Positions 27,583-42,500 of a DNA stretch of 64,000 bases are shown piece by piece. The notes beneath the pieces were generated by a model. It ran no database searches. It saw only the letters and a program-made list of their open reading frames with translations, and had not been told where the DNA came from. Every line of letters begins with the position of its first letter. The stretch's first letter is position 1. Both the position numbers and the translations under genes were made by a program. Source of the stretch: the human T2T-CHM13v2.0 reference genome, Homo sapiens; assembly GCF_009914755.1 (NCBI RefSeq), contig NC_060934.1. One strand, written 5' to 3'.

Positions 27583-28258
27583 CTAAAAACATGAAGAAGA
27601 AGAGCAACAAAGAGGAGGAAGAGGAGGAGAAGAGGGAAAGAAGTGAGGCGCTGTGGTGAAGAATAGTACTTCTCATCTCCACCAGAACAGCAGAGAACAA
27701 TGAAAGCACACCATCAGGACGTCTCAGGGTACAGCCAGAAAAGCCATTACCATTTGTGCCAATATCTTTGAAATCTTGTATTTTGTCATAAAAAGTTATG
27801 CAGTTTCTGTATTCTACTTCATCATGTGCCTTTATATTTTTTATATCAAAATGTCTCCCTAAAAACCTTTGAGAAGGGCCATTTTATCTCAAATCTTTGA
27901 AATAATTTCCTAGTCCCACCATGCTTGCCCTGAGATGTTCACACCCCAATATGAGAAGCACATGTACATCAGAAAGAGGACTGGACTTAGAGTTTTAAAT
28001 CTAAGTTCTTTTCCAATACCATGCTTTCCTAGTCTTGATCTTGAAAAATCACTCATCATCTTTAAGCTTCTCTTTCGTCATGAGTGAAAGAAAGGATGAC
28101 ACCAACACCTTCTCTCCCTTTCTCATAGAAGCATCAAGCTCCAAGTAGTTAATGTGAGAAAAAGGACTTGGGAGAACAGGAAGCTCTGGCCTTTTTGTTG
28201 TGTAGGGTATTTTCCCAAGAATACTTTGGAAGTTTCCTTTAATTTGTTCTTGGACTAA

Positions 28259-28674
<416 letters not shown>

Positions 28675-29021
28675 AGATTCTTATTCTTGAGGTGACCTCT
28701 ATATCCCTTCGTTCCCTTCATGTCTGTATCTTCCACCCTTATCATGGCATCTCAAGTTTCCCTACTTAAGAGAATCTGAGCCTGTATCCCTCATACTTGC
28801 CTTATGGACAAATCACCTGGGATACAGGAAGGCAAGTGACTTCCATCTGCAGTAACAGCTCTGGTTCATTGGTTGCTTAGAACATTACATTGAGAAGAAT
28901 CACTCAATGGGAAAGAATATAGATGGGTTGGAGATGTCTGCACAGACAGGGAAGTGAGAACAGCCACATTTGTGGCATCACTAGCTGTCCTTGGTTGACA
29001 GGCTCAAGATGAGTCAACTCA

Positions 29022-29339
<318 letters not shown>

Positions 29340-30290
29340 TCACAATTATTGAAAGCTGGAAGGTTTTCAGAAAAATCTCAAATGTAGGCGTTTCCATCCT
29401 TGGGGTCTTGACTCGTGAGGCATTTACAAACTTAGTAATAATGACTTATATCTTATTTTTGATAATATGAAGGCCCAACTCCTTCCCTATGATAGGGTTG
29501 TCAAGGTTCTTTCCTTTTGAGCAGAACAGTATCTACTCCATTCACTAATGGCGTATCATGCTAGTCGCTATGATTGACATTTGTTGAAGTCACAGAAATT
29601 TCCGGAATGTTATTGGTCCACCTGACAGTCCAGGATGCCAATTGAACCCATGAGCAATTGTGGACTTGAATACACAGTGATGACCTAAGATAAGTGACTG
29701 CTTGAAGAGAACAATGGTAATAAAGAGACTCCTGGTGATTAAGAGCCTGGGAATCAATGTTCTAATGAAATATGACATCAATCTTAATGTAACTGCTTCA
29801 AATCCTACCCAGTAATTCTGAAATTTTTAGGGGCTTCAGATTTGGATGAACACACCATGAGTTTATTTCAAAATGCCTATTTCTATTTCAGTATGCAATT
29901 ACTTGAGACTTTTTTGAAAAAAATAACAAACAGCTTCTATTAAATAATTGTCTTTTTGTTGCAGAATTCTAAAGGGTTTATGGACTGTGTACATACACTG
30001 CATTTAAGCTTTTCATTTATTTGACTACTTTGGTGTTTTCAGTTTGCCGGAAAGCAGGCCCTCATAGATGAAAGGCCCAGCTGGTGTCCAAAAGCCATCG
30101 ATTTGCCTTGTCGGCTCTTTAGGCAACCAGGCTTTCTAAGTGGGTAGGCCCATAGGGTGTTTGTTTCATTTTGGTCATGTCCTACTGTGCTTCAACATAA
30201 AGCTACACAACAACCATAAAAGACATAATGATTACATATTTTTGGAATTTCTTTCTATTTTTCCAGGGTTTCTTTAGGACCTACCATTTC

Positions 30291-30586
30291 TTTTTTTTTT
30301 TTTTTTTTAGATGGAATCTCACTCTGTCACCCAGGCTGGAGTGTAGTGGCATGATCTTGGCTCACTGCAACCTCTGCCTCTCGGGTTCAAGCAATTATCT
30401 TGCCTCAGCCTCCTGAGTATCTGGGACTACAGGAGTGCCAACCCTCGTCCAGCTAATTTTTGTATTTTTAGTAGAGACAGAGATTCACCACGTTGGCCAG
30501 GCTTGTCTTGCTCCTGACCTTAGGTGATCCACACACCTCCACCTCCCAAGTGCTGGGAATACAGGCGTGAGCCACCATGCCCAGCC
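30291..30586 (-). mobile_element. AluS
   Basis: Antisense Alu; TSD gg(a/g)cctaccattt. Confidence 0.95.
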
Positions 30587-31696
30587 GGGCCTACCATTTA
30601 TTTCTATCTGAGTTTCCCTTGCCAGTGAACTCTTGCATTTTAAGTAATAGCCATTGAGGAAAAAGCTGTCAAATGAGAACGTTTCAGAGAAAAGCACCTT
30701 GAAGAGTGACAGGCTGAGGTTTGGGGTGGCCTGTAGGAGCCCTGTGCCTGGAAGAGATGACAGGCACCTACATCTCTCCTAAAAGCAATGGGGAGGTGGT
30801 TAGTAATAAGGGACTTCTCTATTATACTTCTCCTGCTCCCAATTTCTTTTCCTTATTCTCTTAAATTGTTTTCTCCCTCTCTTTATCTCATTTCCTTTGG
30901 TGTCTCTCCTGTCCTTTTTTTCTAATTTCCCTTTTTCTTCTCTTGCTTTTTCTCCTCCCCTTTTTTCTTCTCTCCTTCATCCTTTCTTTTCTGTCCTATT
31001 TCGCTGCCCTTTCTGCGAAAACTGTTTTCCCTTTATGGCATCAGACTGTTTCCCAAAGTGTGTTCCACCAAGCACTGGATCCACAGGTTGCTTTGTGGAA
31101 AATAAAAAAGATGGGTCTGAAGCAGGGCCATCAGTGATTCAATAAGTTCAGGAAACAGTGTCGGCTTCCTGGAGCATCCACATTCCACAGGTTCTGAGAA
31201 ATTCTGCTGTGAAGAAACTGTCTAACTTGCCTTATCCCAGAGCTCCCCAAACTTCCTGACCTCAGCATCATTTTCCTTCCAAAGAAATGAATCTCACTGA
31301 GAATCTCTGTGGTAGAGCCTCTTGTCTTCCTCACTTTGGGGCTTCTGAGCACTTCTTTCATCCAGCCAAGCCTGATGTCAAGGTGTCTTCTCACGTGCTG
31401 AGGGCCACCACAGTCAGGGTCTCCCTTTTGGGTGACCGCCTTCACTGCCCACCCTGCAGCCACCTACCACTCAGACTTGCAAAAGTCCTGTATTGCTCAC
31501 CTCCCTTTGGTTGTTGTTTTTTTTTTTTTTTTTTTTCTAAAAAATTGTCAAAGATGATTTTTGAAGAATACTTGCAGTGTGGCAGAGGTACAAGCAGAGG
31601 AATATTTTGGTTCCCTGCTGGTAGTAATGCTCCCATCATTGCAGAGGGCGATTTGGTAATATGTAGCCAAAGCCTTAAAATTCTATTGAGTGGTGG

Positions 31697-31990
<294 letters not shown>

Positions 31991-34900
31991 GCAACACATT
32001 CTGTTTAAGGGACTTTAGCCTAAGAAAACAATTAAGAATGGATGCAAAGAGTTAGCTAAAAGGATTCTTTACTGGAGTGTTTTCTGTAATAACAAAAACT
32101 TGAGAACAACCTTAATATCCAATGATGGAAGATGGTTTGAGTACACTGTGGTGTATTCATATAATCAGGTAGCTCTGAAGAGTGGAGTTTTAGAAGAGTA
32201 TTTAAAAATAGATACCCCAAAATAATTTTCTGTAACAAACATACATACGCCCATTGTGATCCCATTTCTGTCAAATCAGCATACACTGAGTGTGACATAT
32301 GCATATAAATATTCGAAGCTGGGAAGAGCAGTCACCAAAATTTATCAGTAATCTTCACTTCCAGGGTAGTTCATTTCAGCTTCTTCTTGTTTATCTGTGC
32401 TTTCTGATTTTTATATAAAAGAGCATATGTTTTTTGTATATTGAAAGGAAACAATAAATTAGAAAAATTAACAAAAATGGTTGGTGATCGTTTATATGCT
32501 TTGTTACCATTTAAAGTCCCAGTTTACTCCAAATAGGGTCCTGTCAACACCAACTGGGACTTTTCTGTCTCTTGGGGGGTAAGTGCTCCATGAGGAAGGT
32601 CAAAGAGAATGTCAACCTTCCTTCTGCTATCTGAGGAAATCTGGATACAAGCGCCAACTTCTAGGTTGTGATGCTGCAATTTACTGAGAAAAAAAAAAAG
32701 ATCAACACACCCCACCATCTATTTATTTAATATTAAAAATAATATTTCACTGAGTTTGGCTGGCGTCAGCCCGAGCAGTTACTCATACAGGAATTCAAAC
32801 AAAAGCAGCACTGGCTCTGGGCCAGTGGGTTGGTGCTGGGTGGTCCATGTCGGTCCTTAGCTCAGAGCAGTTCCTAAGGCTGCTTTGAGACCTGTTTTGG
32901 GTTGGGAAGATGATGTATTCATTTATTTATTAGAAATGTTTTAACAGGAAATGCTAATAGTTTGCATTGAGGGAGAACTGCCCTGGAGACAGCTGGAGGA
33001 ACCCAACAGACATCGCTGGGGAGGAGATTGCTGCTCATGGCCTTGGAATTAAATCAGGGTCTGTTATGAGAGTCTACACTGGAACCCAGCACACTAAACT
33101 CGCCCAAAACACCCTGGTTGCTTTGCTTCAGGACAGAGGCGGAAGGAGCAGCTCCACTCTTTCAGCTGCCCTGGCTCTCTTCTCTGTTGCCGTTTGTTTC
33201 TCAGAAACCTAACAGTGTATTTTTCATGTGACTGTGAACACAGACGCCGGCTCTGCTAGGAGTGAACGGCCCTATGGACACAAACCTCCAGGTGGGGTTT
33301 TGTGAACCAAGGTGTAAGTAGCATGTGTGTAACTCGAACCCACATTGAGCGTGCCTGTGGGCTGGAGTCATATGCGAGTTCAGGGGTTACACGTGCATAT
33401 CTTTTATGTGTATGAGGACAAGTGAAAGACCAATGTTTGCAAGGGATTCCAGGCGTATCCTCAAGCTCCAGGGTGCATTCCATTGTTAGAACACATTCAT
33501 GGGTATTTTGTGGAACCACAGTGAAAATAAAATATAGAGGAGGGTGTAAGTCAAGCACAAATGTCTACGCATGAGAAAAACATGAGCTGGCTTGTACATA
33601 TTTTTTTAAATCCTCTTCTAGCTCTTTTGAAAGTGTGTGGAACTTTACTCATGGGGGAAGAGCGTGATTACAGTGCCACAGGGAATGGGGTTGTCTCACC
33701 CATTCTGGCACGACAAAAGGGCTGTTCCTGTGTTTCCAGATAACAATGGAGGTGAAGCCTGACCCTGGAAACCAGTCAAGATTCTCAGAGATAAACCCTT
33801 GGGCAGCAAGAACACAGTCAATGAAAAGAAACTGACCCTTTGCCTCTTGAGTCACAGAATTCCCACAAATGCTGTGTCCTCGTCAGCTCTGGCAGGACTC
33901 ACCACCACAGCCCCAGACATCGCCACCACTTTATAAACAGTGTGGAGGGCGTTGCTGGAGTCTCTGAGGAGGGGGCTGTGCTAGAAGTCAGGGCATCTTT
34001 ACCTCCAGCACCTAAAAATACTGGATGCCTCCCTCCCTCCCATTTTCTTCTAGAGGTAAAACTTTCCTTCCATGCTCACAAAGTTATGAGAAAACCCCTT
34101 CAACAGTTTTCCTCTGGCAGCATTTCCATGCAGATCATTCCTCTAGGTCTGCCGCTGCTGAAAGTACCTCAAATGAGCCTTTAACCTGACAGATTTTGGT
34201 GTTCTAAAACCTGAACCAAGAGCCTTTGGAAGGACTGCACAGCCTTGGAACTAGGGGCAGGAAGTTTCAGGGCAAGGGTGGTAGAGGACCTGGACTAGGG
34301 TGAGGAAGTCTGGAGCAAGAAAAGAGGAGAAAGAGGGGTTTGCATCAGTGGCAATGGAGGTAAGCAGTAGGTTGGAAATTCATTAAGTGTCTTGTTTAAG
34401 GTCCAAAATTAATCAGTCCCTTAGAGCCTCAAGTTCCTCAGCAAAATCAGAGTGTTGAAGTTTCTGGATTTTAAATCCAATGAACTAGGACTTCATTCCT
34501 TAACCACTGCTTTCCTGTAAAACTCTAAAAACATTCAGCATTGCATGAGCCACTAGAACAATGGTTTTCAACATTGGCTGCATATGGAATCACTCGGGGA
34601 GTTTTAACCAATGTTAATGCATGAATTCAGCTCCAGAGATTCTGATGGAATTGGTCTGGATGAGGCCTGTACACCAGGATTTCTCATTTTTCTCTCCTTT
34701 CATGAGTCCTCTCCCTGAAATGCAGATATTGTCTAAAATTCTGTCTGTAACCCTCATATTTCTGTTTTTTTTCTCTATTTCTCTTCTCATTCACTCCTAC
34801 ATCATTAACTATCACTTATTTCAGGATGATGCTCAAATCTGTGTAGATCCATGACTTACGTATCCTGCTTTCTTTTGTCCATCTATATCTAAATGATGAT

Positions 34901-35849
34901 GTTCTAGGCTCCAATTCATGTTCAGTGCCCAACTCAACATCTTATCCCCAAAGCTCTTTCATTTCTTGATGGTATACCTCCCATTATCTTATCACCAAGG
35001 CTCCAAATCTTAGCGTTATCTTTGTATGATGAATTAAAAAATGTATTAATATGAGCATGTCCCCAATCTCTCTACCACCTACTCATAAGAGAATGTTGTC
35101 TTTGATAGCTTGGCTAAGCCTGCCCTCTTAGCCTTTTTCAGGCTGGTCCCTTGAGTTTCATGATTCAAAATCAAGAGAATGGATAAACAAAGATAAGACT
35201 GAAGAGGCAGAAGGAAGGAAAGAAAAGAACAAAAGACAAGGGCCTCCTGGGCTGAGGCTTTTGAGAGTTTCCAGGAAAAATAGATGGAAAGTAGGAGGTT
35301 AGAAGAGTGAGAAACTCCAGAACTGATGAGTTCTAAGTACTAAAGACAGAAAAGGGAAGTTTAAAAATTGTTCCTAAACTATGAATTGTATGCTTTTTAA
35401 AGTTCTTAGAGAACGGCAAGTAAAATTTTGAATTAGTTTTAAAATACTTTTGATTGTTAGACTTTTTTTCAGTTCAGTGTTGCTTTGAGACTGAGTTATG
35501 TGGATGTACAGCTTATATTTGGATTATATACAACACCTCCTTCTTCAGTTGTCATATCAAAATGTTGCCAAACCCTGTAATTTTTCCCCTTTCAGCCTGA
35601 TCACTCTCTACTTCCCAACAACATCATAAACTTCAGCTAGACTGCCTACGTTTTCTCTAAGCATATCTCAAACTTTTTTCTTTTGGACTTTGGCTTATTC
35701 TGTTCCCTACACCCAGAATCACTGTCCATTTCCATCACTTGAAAATCTCTATACGTCAAAGCGCAGCTTAGAGTCCACTTTGTTGAGGCCTTCCCTGCTG
35801 ATGCTCCGTGCATTCTACATCCCTTCCTGCCTTTGCAATTGTCCATAAC

Positions 35850-36080
35850 AACAATAATGATGATGATAATACCAATAGCTCACATTTATATGGAGTGCAC
35901 TATGTCCAGGCACTGTTTTAAGTGCTTTGCACATATTATCTTATTTAATTCTTGCAATAACCCTGGGAGGTTGTATTGTGGGAACTAAGACGGGAAGGTT
36001 AAGTGACTTCCCCATGGTTACACAGCTATAATTGTCACAGACAGGATTTGCATCCAGGTTGCAGAGTCCTCATCCTTTCT
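35850..36080 (-). mobile_element. MIR SINE
   Basis: tagctcacatttat...ccaggcactgttttaagtgctttgcacatattatcttatttaattcttgcaataaccctgggagg...ggttaagtgacttccc. Confidence 0.88.
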
Positions 36081-37193
36081 ATAGTACACTTATACTTTAA
36101 TACCTCAGTACATGCCTGAAATATCCTTGTCATTCCTCTAGGTCTGCAGGAAGTTTCCATTTATTACTGCTTCACATTTTGCAGCTCCCCCATTCAACAC
36201 CAACAAATAAATGGTTGTGTTTCACTATCGTCAGATTTACATAGTCACTTAAGAGTTTGCACTGGCGTCCAAATAGAAGACATCAGCGTGTGCATGATCA
36301 GGATTTTGACTTAGAGAGATCCACTTTAGGCTGAAGTCTTCAGGGACACTTAATCTGAGAGCAGGGAGCATATGTTTATAAATCTTACCTTTGAGTTTCA
36401 TCTTCTTCCTCATAATGTCTTTGACGTGTCAACCGTAAAGCAAACCACAGAATGGCCATACTTGAGTGAGGCAAAGATTTAACGCTGCTGCTCTCGTTCA
36501 AGTGGCTATACCTAGAACTACAGTTGTGTTTTACCAGTCATTGTGAAGTACACACACAGTGATTTAATGCAGCTTGGTTTATGTTCAGATGCAGCTCTGT
36601 TCTAACTTCTTGGAGAGAGCAGTGGGGTTCCTGTTAAAGGGCAATCCACTTGGTCAGGAATCGTTTTCAGGTGAACAAAAGTATGGTTTGATTTGAGAAC
36701 TACATAAATCAATTAGTTTTAATTCTGCAAAATACATAAGTAACTTTTAGGATAAAAGCATGCTGTAAAGTTTAAATGTAGACTTCCACTTCTGGCCAAC
36801 ATTGAATAACAAGGATTGGCTTACTCTCCTGGCTGAAACAACCAAATAAATTGACAAAATATGTGAAACAACAGTTTGAAAGACACTGGATATGAGGCAA
36901 AAAAGGACAGTGGTCTCGAGAGATGTAATGAAGTAAGTGCTACAATTGCCATGGTTTACTGCCTTGAGAGAGTTTGCAAGCCACACCACAAAGAAAGGGG
37001 AACCTGGGTAGAACCAAACTCCATGAGTTGAGAATACAGAGCAGAGAATCTGGGGAGACCAAGGCTGCTAGGACATTCCTGAGGTTTGCAGAGGGTTCCC
37101 ACTCAAGTGTTCAGCTAAGGACTGATCGGCAGATGCACATGAGGAAACTATCGGAGGCCAGAAAAAAAAACACCCAAAAAATTAGAGGTAACT

Positions 37194-37480
37194 GGCTGGG
37201 CACAATAGCTCACACCTATAATCCCACGTCTTTGAGAGGCCAAGGCAGGAGGATTGCTTGGGGGCAGGAGTTTGAGACCAGCCTGGGCAACATAGCAAGA
37301 CCCTGTCTCTACTAAAAATTTAAAAGTTGGCCAGGTGTGGTGGATGCACCTGTAGTCCCAGCTACTCAGAAGGCTGAGGTGGGGGAATGGCCTGAGCCCG
37401 GGAGATTAAAGCTGCAGTGAGCTATGATTACACCACTGCACTCCAGCCTGGGTGACAGTGTGAACCTGTCAAAAGAGAAA
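37194..37480 (+). mobile_element. AluJ
   Basis: Sense Alu whose tail is expanded into (GGAA)n. Confidence 0.95.
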
Positions 37481-37491
37481 GAGTGAAAGAA

Positions 37492-37550
37492 GGAAGGAAG
37501 GAAGGAAGGAAGGAAGGAAGGAAGGAAGGAAGGAAGGAAGGGAAGGAAGG
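37492..37550 (+). repeat. (GGAA)n microsatellite, 12 consecutive units plus 2
   Basis: Direct count. Confidence 0.97.
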
Positions 37551-37831
37551 AGCCAGGCACAGTGGCTCACGCCTGTAATCCAAACACTTTGGGAGGCCGA
37601 GGCAGGCAGATCACCTGAGGTCAGGATTTCGAGACAAGCCTGGCCAACATGGTGAAACCCCATTTCTACTAAACATACAAAAATTAATTGGGCATGGTGG
37701 TGCAAGCCTGTAATCCCAACTACTGGGAGGCTGAGGCAGGAGAATCACTTGAACCCAGGAGGTGGAGGTTGCAGTGAGCCAAGATCGTGCCACTGCATCC
37801 CAGCCTGGGTGACAGAGTGAGACTTGGTCTC
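37551..37831 (+). mobile_element. AluS
   Basis: Sense Alu. Confidence 0.96.
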
Positions 37832-37841
37832 AAAAAGAAAA

Positions 37842-37913
<72 letters not shown>

Positions 37914-38050
37914 GAAAGAGAAAGAAGGAAGGAAGCAAGAAAGGAAAGAAAGAAAGAAGGAAGGAAGGAAAGAAAGAAAAGAAAGAAAGAGGGAAAGAAG
38001 GAAGGAAAGAAAGAGAGAAAGAGGAAGGAAGGAAGGAAGGAAGGAAGGAA

Positions 38051-38120
<70 letters not shown>

Positions 38121-38135
38121 AAAAGAAAAGAAAGA
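37832..38135 (+). repeat. ~300-bp (GAAA)n/(GGAA)n polypurine tract (expanded Alu tail)
   Basis: Direct inspection; almost entirely purine. Confidence 0.97.
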
Positions 38136-39034
38136 TAACAGTGGCAGTCCCTCCCATAAGGCTGGGAATAGCATCTGTTCTCACCAGCCAGACTTGAAGA
38201 CCTCAAGGTTCATGGTGGGGTATGTGAGACTGTATATAAGGGCACTGCCTCAGTGGTAAGACCTAGTTAATTCTAGACCAAACACAGCTCCAGTCCTATC
38301 TAACAAACCTTAAAAACAAGAGCCAAAAGGATCAAACTGTTTCCAAGTGATTTATCCAAATTCTAGAACAAAACTCCACAGTATTATTGGAATACAGAAA
38401 TAACCAGCACCAAACAAAAAATTTAAATGCCTGGAATCCAGTAAAAATTTGCCAGACATCAAAATAGCAAGAAAGTATAATCTATAGCAAGGAGATTAAC
38501 AACTGAAACAGAAACAGAACAGATACAGATTTAGATTTAGCCGAGAAGGACATTAAAAATAATTATAACTATTACATATGCTCCAAAAGTTAAGTAGAGA
38601 CTTGGAAGATATATTTTCTTAAAAACAAATACCATTTATTTATAATTATGTGGTTAGAAAGGACATGTTTTAAAAATGGACTTTACTGAGGGACAACCAA
38701 TATGTTACTTTTCCCAAAAATATTTTGGCATTATGTTAATAGACTTCTTGTTTATTATAATATTTTGGCATTATGTTAATTGACTTCTTATTATCTTGTT
38801 CATAATTTGTTATGGATTTTTTATTGTGGTAAAAAATGCATAAAATGTACCATTTTAATCATTTCTAAGTATACAATTCAGTAGTGTTAAATATATTCAC
38901 ATTGTTGTACAACCCATCTCCAAATCTTTTTCATCTTGCAAAACTGAAACTACTCATTAAATAACAACTCTCCATTTCCCCCTACCCCTGGCCCCTGGAA
39001 ACCACCATTCTACTTTGTTGTTATAAATGTGTTT

Positions 39035-39386
<352 letters not shown>

Positions 39387-39954
39387 TAGACTCACACGGA
39401 ATTTGTCTTTTTGTGACTGGCTTATTTCACTTAGCATAATGTCCTCAAGGTTCATCCATGTTGTAGCATGTGTCGGAATTTCCTTCCTTTTTAAGGCTGA
39501 ACAATTTTCCATTGTGTGCATACACCACATTTTACCTCTCCAGCAATGGACACTTGGGTTGCTTCTACCTCTTGACTATTGTGAATAGTGCTGCTGTTAA
39601 CTGGGGAGTGTAAATATCTCTTTTTGATATTGCTTGGCCTAGATTCTTTTGGATATATGTCCAGAGGAGGAATTACTATCATATGGTAATTCTATTTTTA
39701 ATTTCTAAGAAACCACCCTGCTATTTTTTATAGTGGCAACACCATTTTACATTCTCATCAATAGTAAACAAGCATTTCAATTTCTCCCATCCTGACCAGC
39801 AATTTTTTTTTTCTGTTTATTTAGGTCTTTTTTTTTTTAATTTACTTTTATTTTGGTTCAGGGTACATGTGCAGTTTTGTTATGTAGGTAAACTTAGGTC
39901 TTTCTGATAGTACCCATCCTCATGAATATAAGGTAATATCTCACTGTGTTCTTC

Positions 39955-40212
39955 TTTTTGTTTGTTTGTTTTTGAGACGGACTTTCGCTCTAGTTGCCCG
40001 GGAGGTGGCTCCCGGGTTCAAGCGATTCTCCTGCCTCAGCCTCCCAAGTAGCTGGAATTACAGGCATGCACCAACACATCTGTATTTTTTTTTAGTAGAG
40101 ACAGGGTTTCTCCATGTTAGTCAGGCTGGTCTCAAACTCCCAACGTCAGGTGATCCGCCCGCCTCGGCCTCCCAAAGTGCTGGGATTACAGGTGTAAGCC
40201 ACCATGCGGGCC
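39955..40212 (-). mobile_element. AluS with internal deletion/inversion
   Basis: Antisense Alu in which the aggctggagtgca...cactgcaacctc segment is replaced by gggaggtgg. Confidence 0.92.
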
Positions 40213-40607
40213 TCACCGTATTTTTCATTTGCATCTCCCTAATGATTAGTGATGTTTAGGATCTTTTCATATGCTAATTGGCCATTTGTATATCATCTTT
40301 GGAGAAATGTCTATTCAACTTTTTGCCCATTTTTAAATTCTTTTTTGTTCAGCTGTAGCAAGAATATATATTTTTTAAAAATCTAAATCACATTTGTAGA
40401 CATGAAAACAATATGTGAGATAAAAAATAATCTGGATGATATTAGTGGCAAATTAAACACAGCAAGCAAAGATTAGTGACATTGAAGATAGAGCAATAGG
40501 ACTATCCAAAATGGAACAAAGAAAATATAGTATTTTAAAAACATCCCACCATTAGATCTGACAAAATTAAATAAATAAATAAAAATAAAAACAGAGAATC
40601 AGTAATT

Positions 40608-40912
40608 TCTTTCTTTCTTTCTTTTTTAAAGACAGAGTCTTGCCCTGTCACCCAGGCAAGAGTGCTGTGGCACGATGATTTTGGCTTACTGCAGCCTCAA
40701 TCTCCTGGGCTCAAGTAATCCACCCACCTCAGCCCCCCAAGTAGCTGAGACAACAGGTACATGACACCACACTTGGCTAATTTTTACATTTTTTGTAGAG
40801 ATGGGGTTTTGCCATGTTGCCCAGGCTGGTCTTGAACTCCTAGGCTTAAGTGATCCACCTGCTTCACTCAGCCTCCCAAAATGCTGGGATTATAGGCATG
40901 AGCCACTTTACC
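40608..40912 (-). mobile_element. AluJ
   Basis: Antisense Alu; TSD agtaatttctt. Confidence 0.93.
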
Positions 40913-42149
40913 TCACTAGTAATTTCTTTAAGAAGCCTAATATACACATAATTGGAGTCCTCCAAGAAAAGGAGAGGGAAGAGGGCCAAAAATATATTTT
41001 TCCAAACATTATGAAAATCCATAGATCCAAGAAGCTCAGTGAACCTCCAGTATAAGGCAAATGAAAAATAACACCAAGGCACATCATAAACAAATTAGTC
41101 AAAATCAGTGATAAAGAGAAAATATTACAAGTAGCCAGAAAAAAGAAAGAAAGACACACTGCTTACAGAGGAACAAAGATAGGTTGACAGATTTGGTTTT
41201 GGAAACAATGCAAATGCTTCCTTGTGAGGTAGGAACATCATTAAAATATTGAAAGGACAAAAAAGTATCAGGCAAGAATTCTATACCCTGTGAAAATATC
41301 TTTCTAAAGCGAAAGCTGAAAGAATTCATCACCAGCAGGATCATACTAAGAGAATTATTAAAATAAATCCTTCCAACAGAGAGATGATTATAACAAATGG
41401 AAATATGGATCTACACAAAGAAATAAGAAAGCTGGAAACAGGTAAATATATGTCTTATTATACTTCTTTAAGTCTCTTTGAAAGCCCATTTATTGTCTGA
41501 ACAAAATAACAACGTAGCATGGAGTTTATAACATATGTAAAAGTAAAATGTATGACACCAATCACACAAAGGTCAGGAGGGGAGAAAGGAAAGTATACTA
41601 TTGTAAGGTTGTTATACTAAATATAAAGTGGAATAATATCATTTGAAAGTAAACTGTGATATACTAGACATGTATCTATAATCCCTAAAGCAACCACTAA
41701 AAGCTGTTATAGATAATAAGGCAACAAAGGAGATAAAATGGAATCACAAAAAAATTAACCCAAAAGAAGGCAGAAAAGGATGGAAGGGGTAGAAGAACAG
41801 ATGGAATAAATAGCAAGATAATAGATTTATTGGTTCCCTCCCCCCATTCCCCCCCCCAGTCAAGTCCTCAGAGCAAAGGATGATAGATTTAAACCTAGCC
41901 AATTCAAAATCAGAGATAGTTAGATTGGATTTTTTTAAAGCAAGAAGCAACTGTATGCTATCTATAAGAAATGTACTTCAAATCTAAAGACACATATGGG
42001 TTAAAAGAAAAGGGACAGGAAAAGATATTCCATGCCGACAGTTAGCAAAAGGAACCTGGAGTTGCTATGTTAAGGCAGTATAGATTTCAGAGCAGAGTAT
42101 TATCAGGGATAAAGATGTCAAACCATTTCATCAAAAGAACATAACACTT

Positions 42150-42500
<351 letters not shown>

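Noticed and set aside
37720-38206. K/E/R-rich and F/L/S-rich ORFs of 104-154 aa
   Set aside because: Translations of the GAAA/GGAA microsatellite
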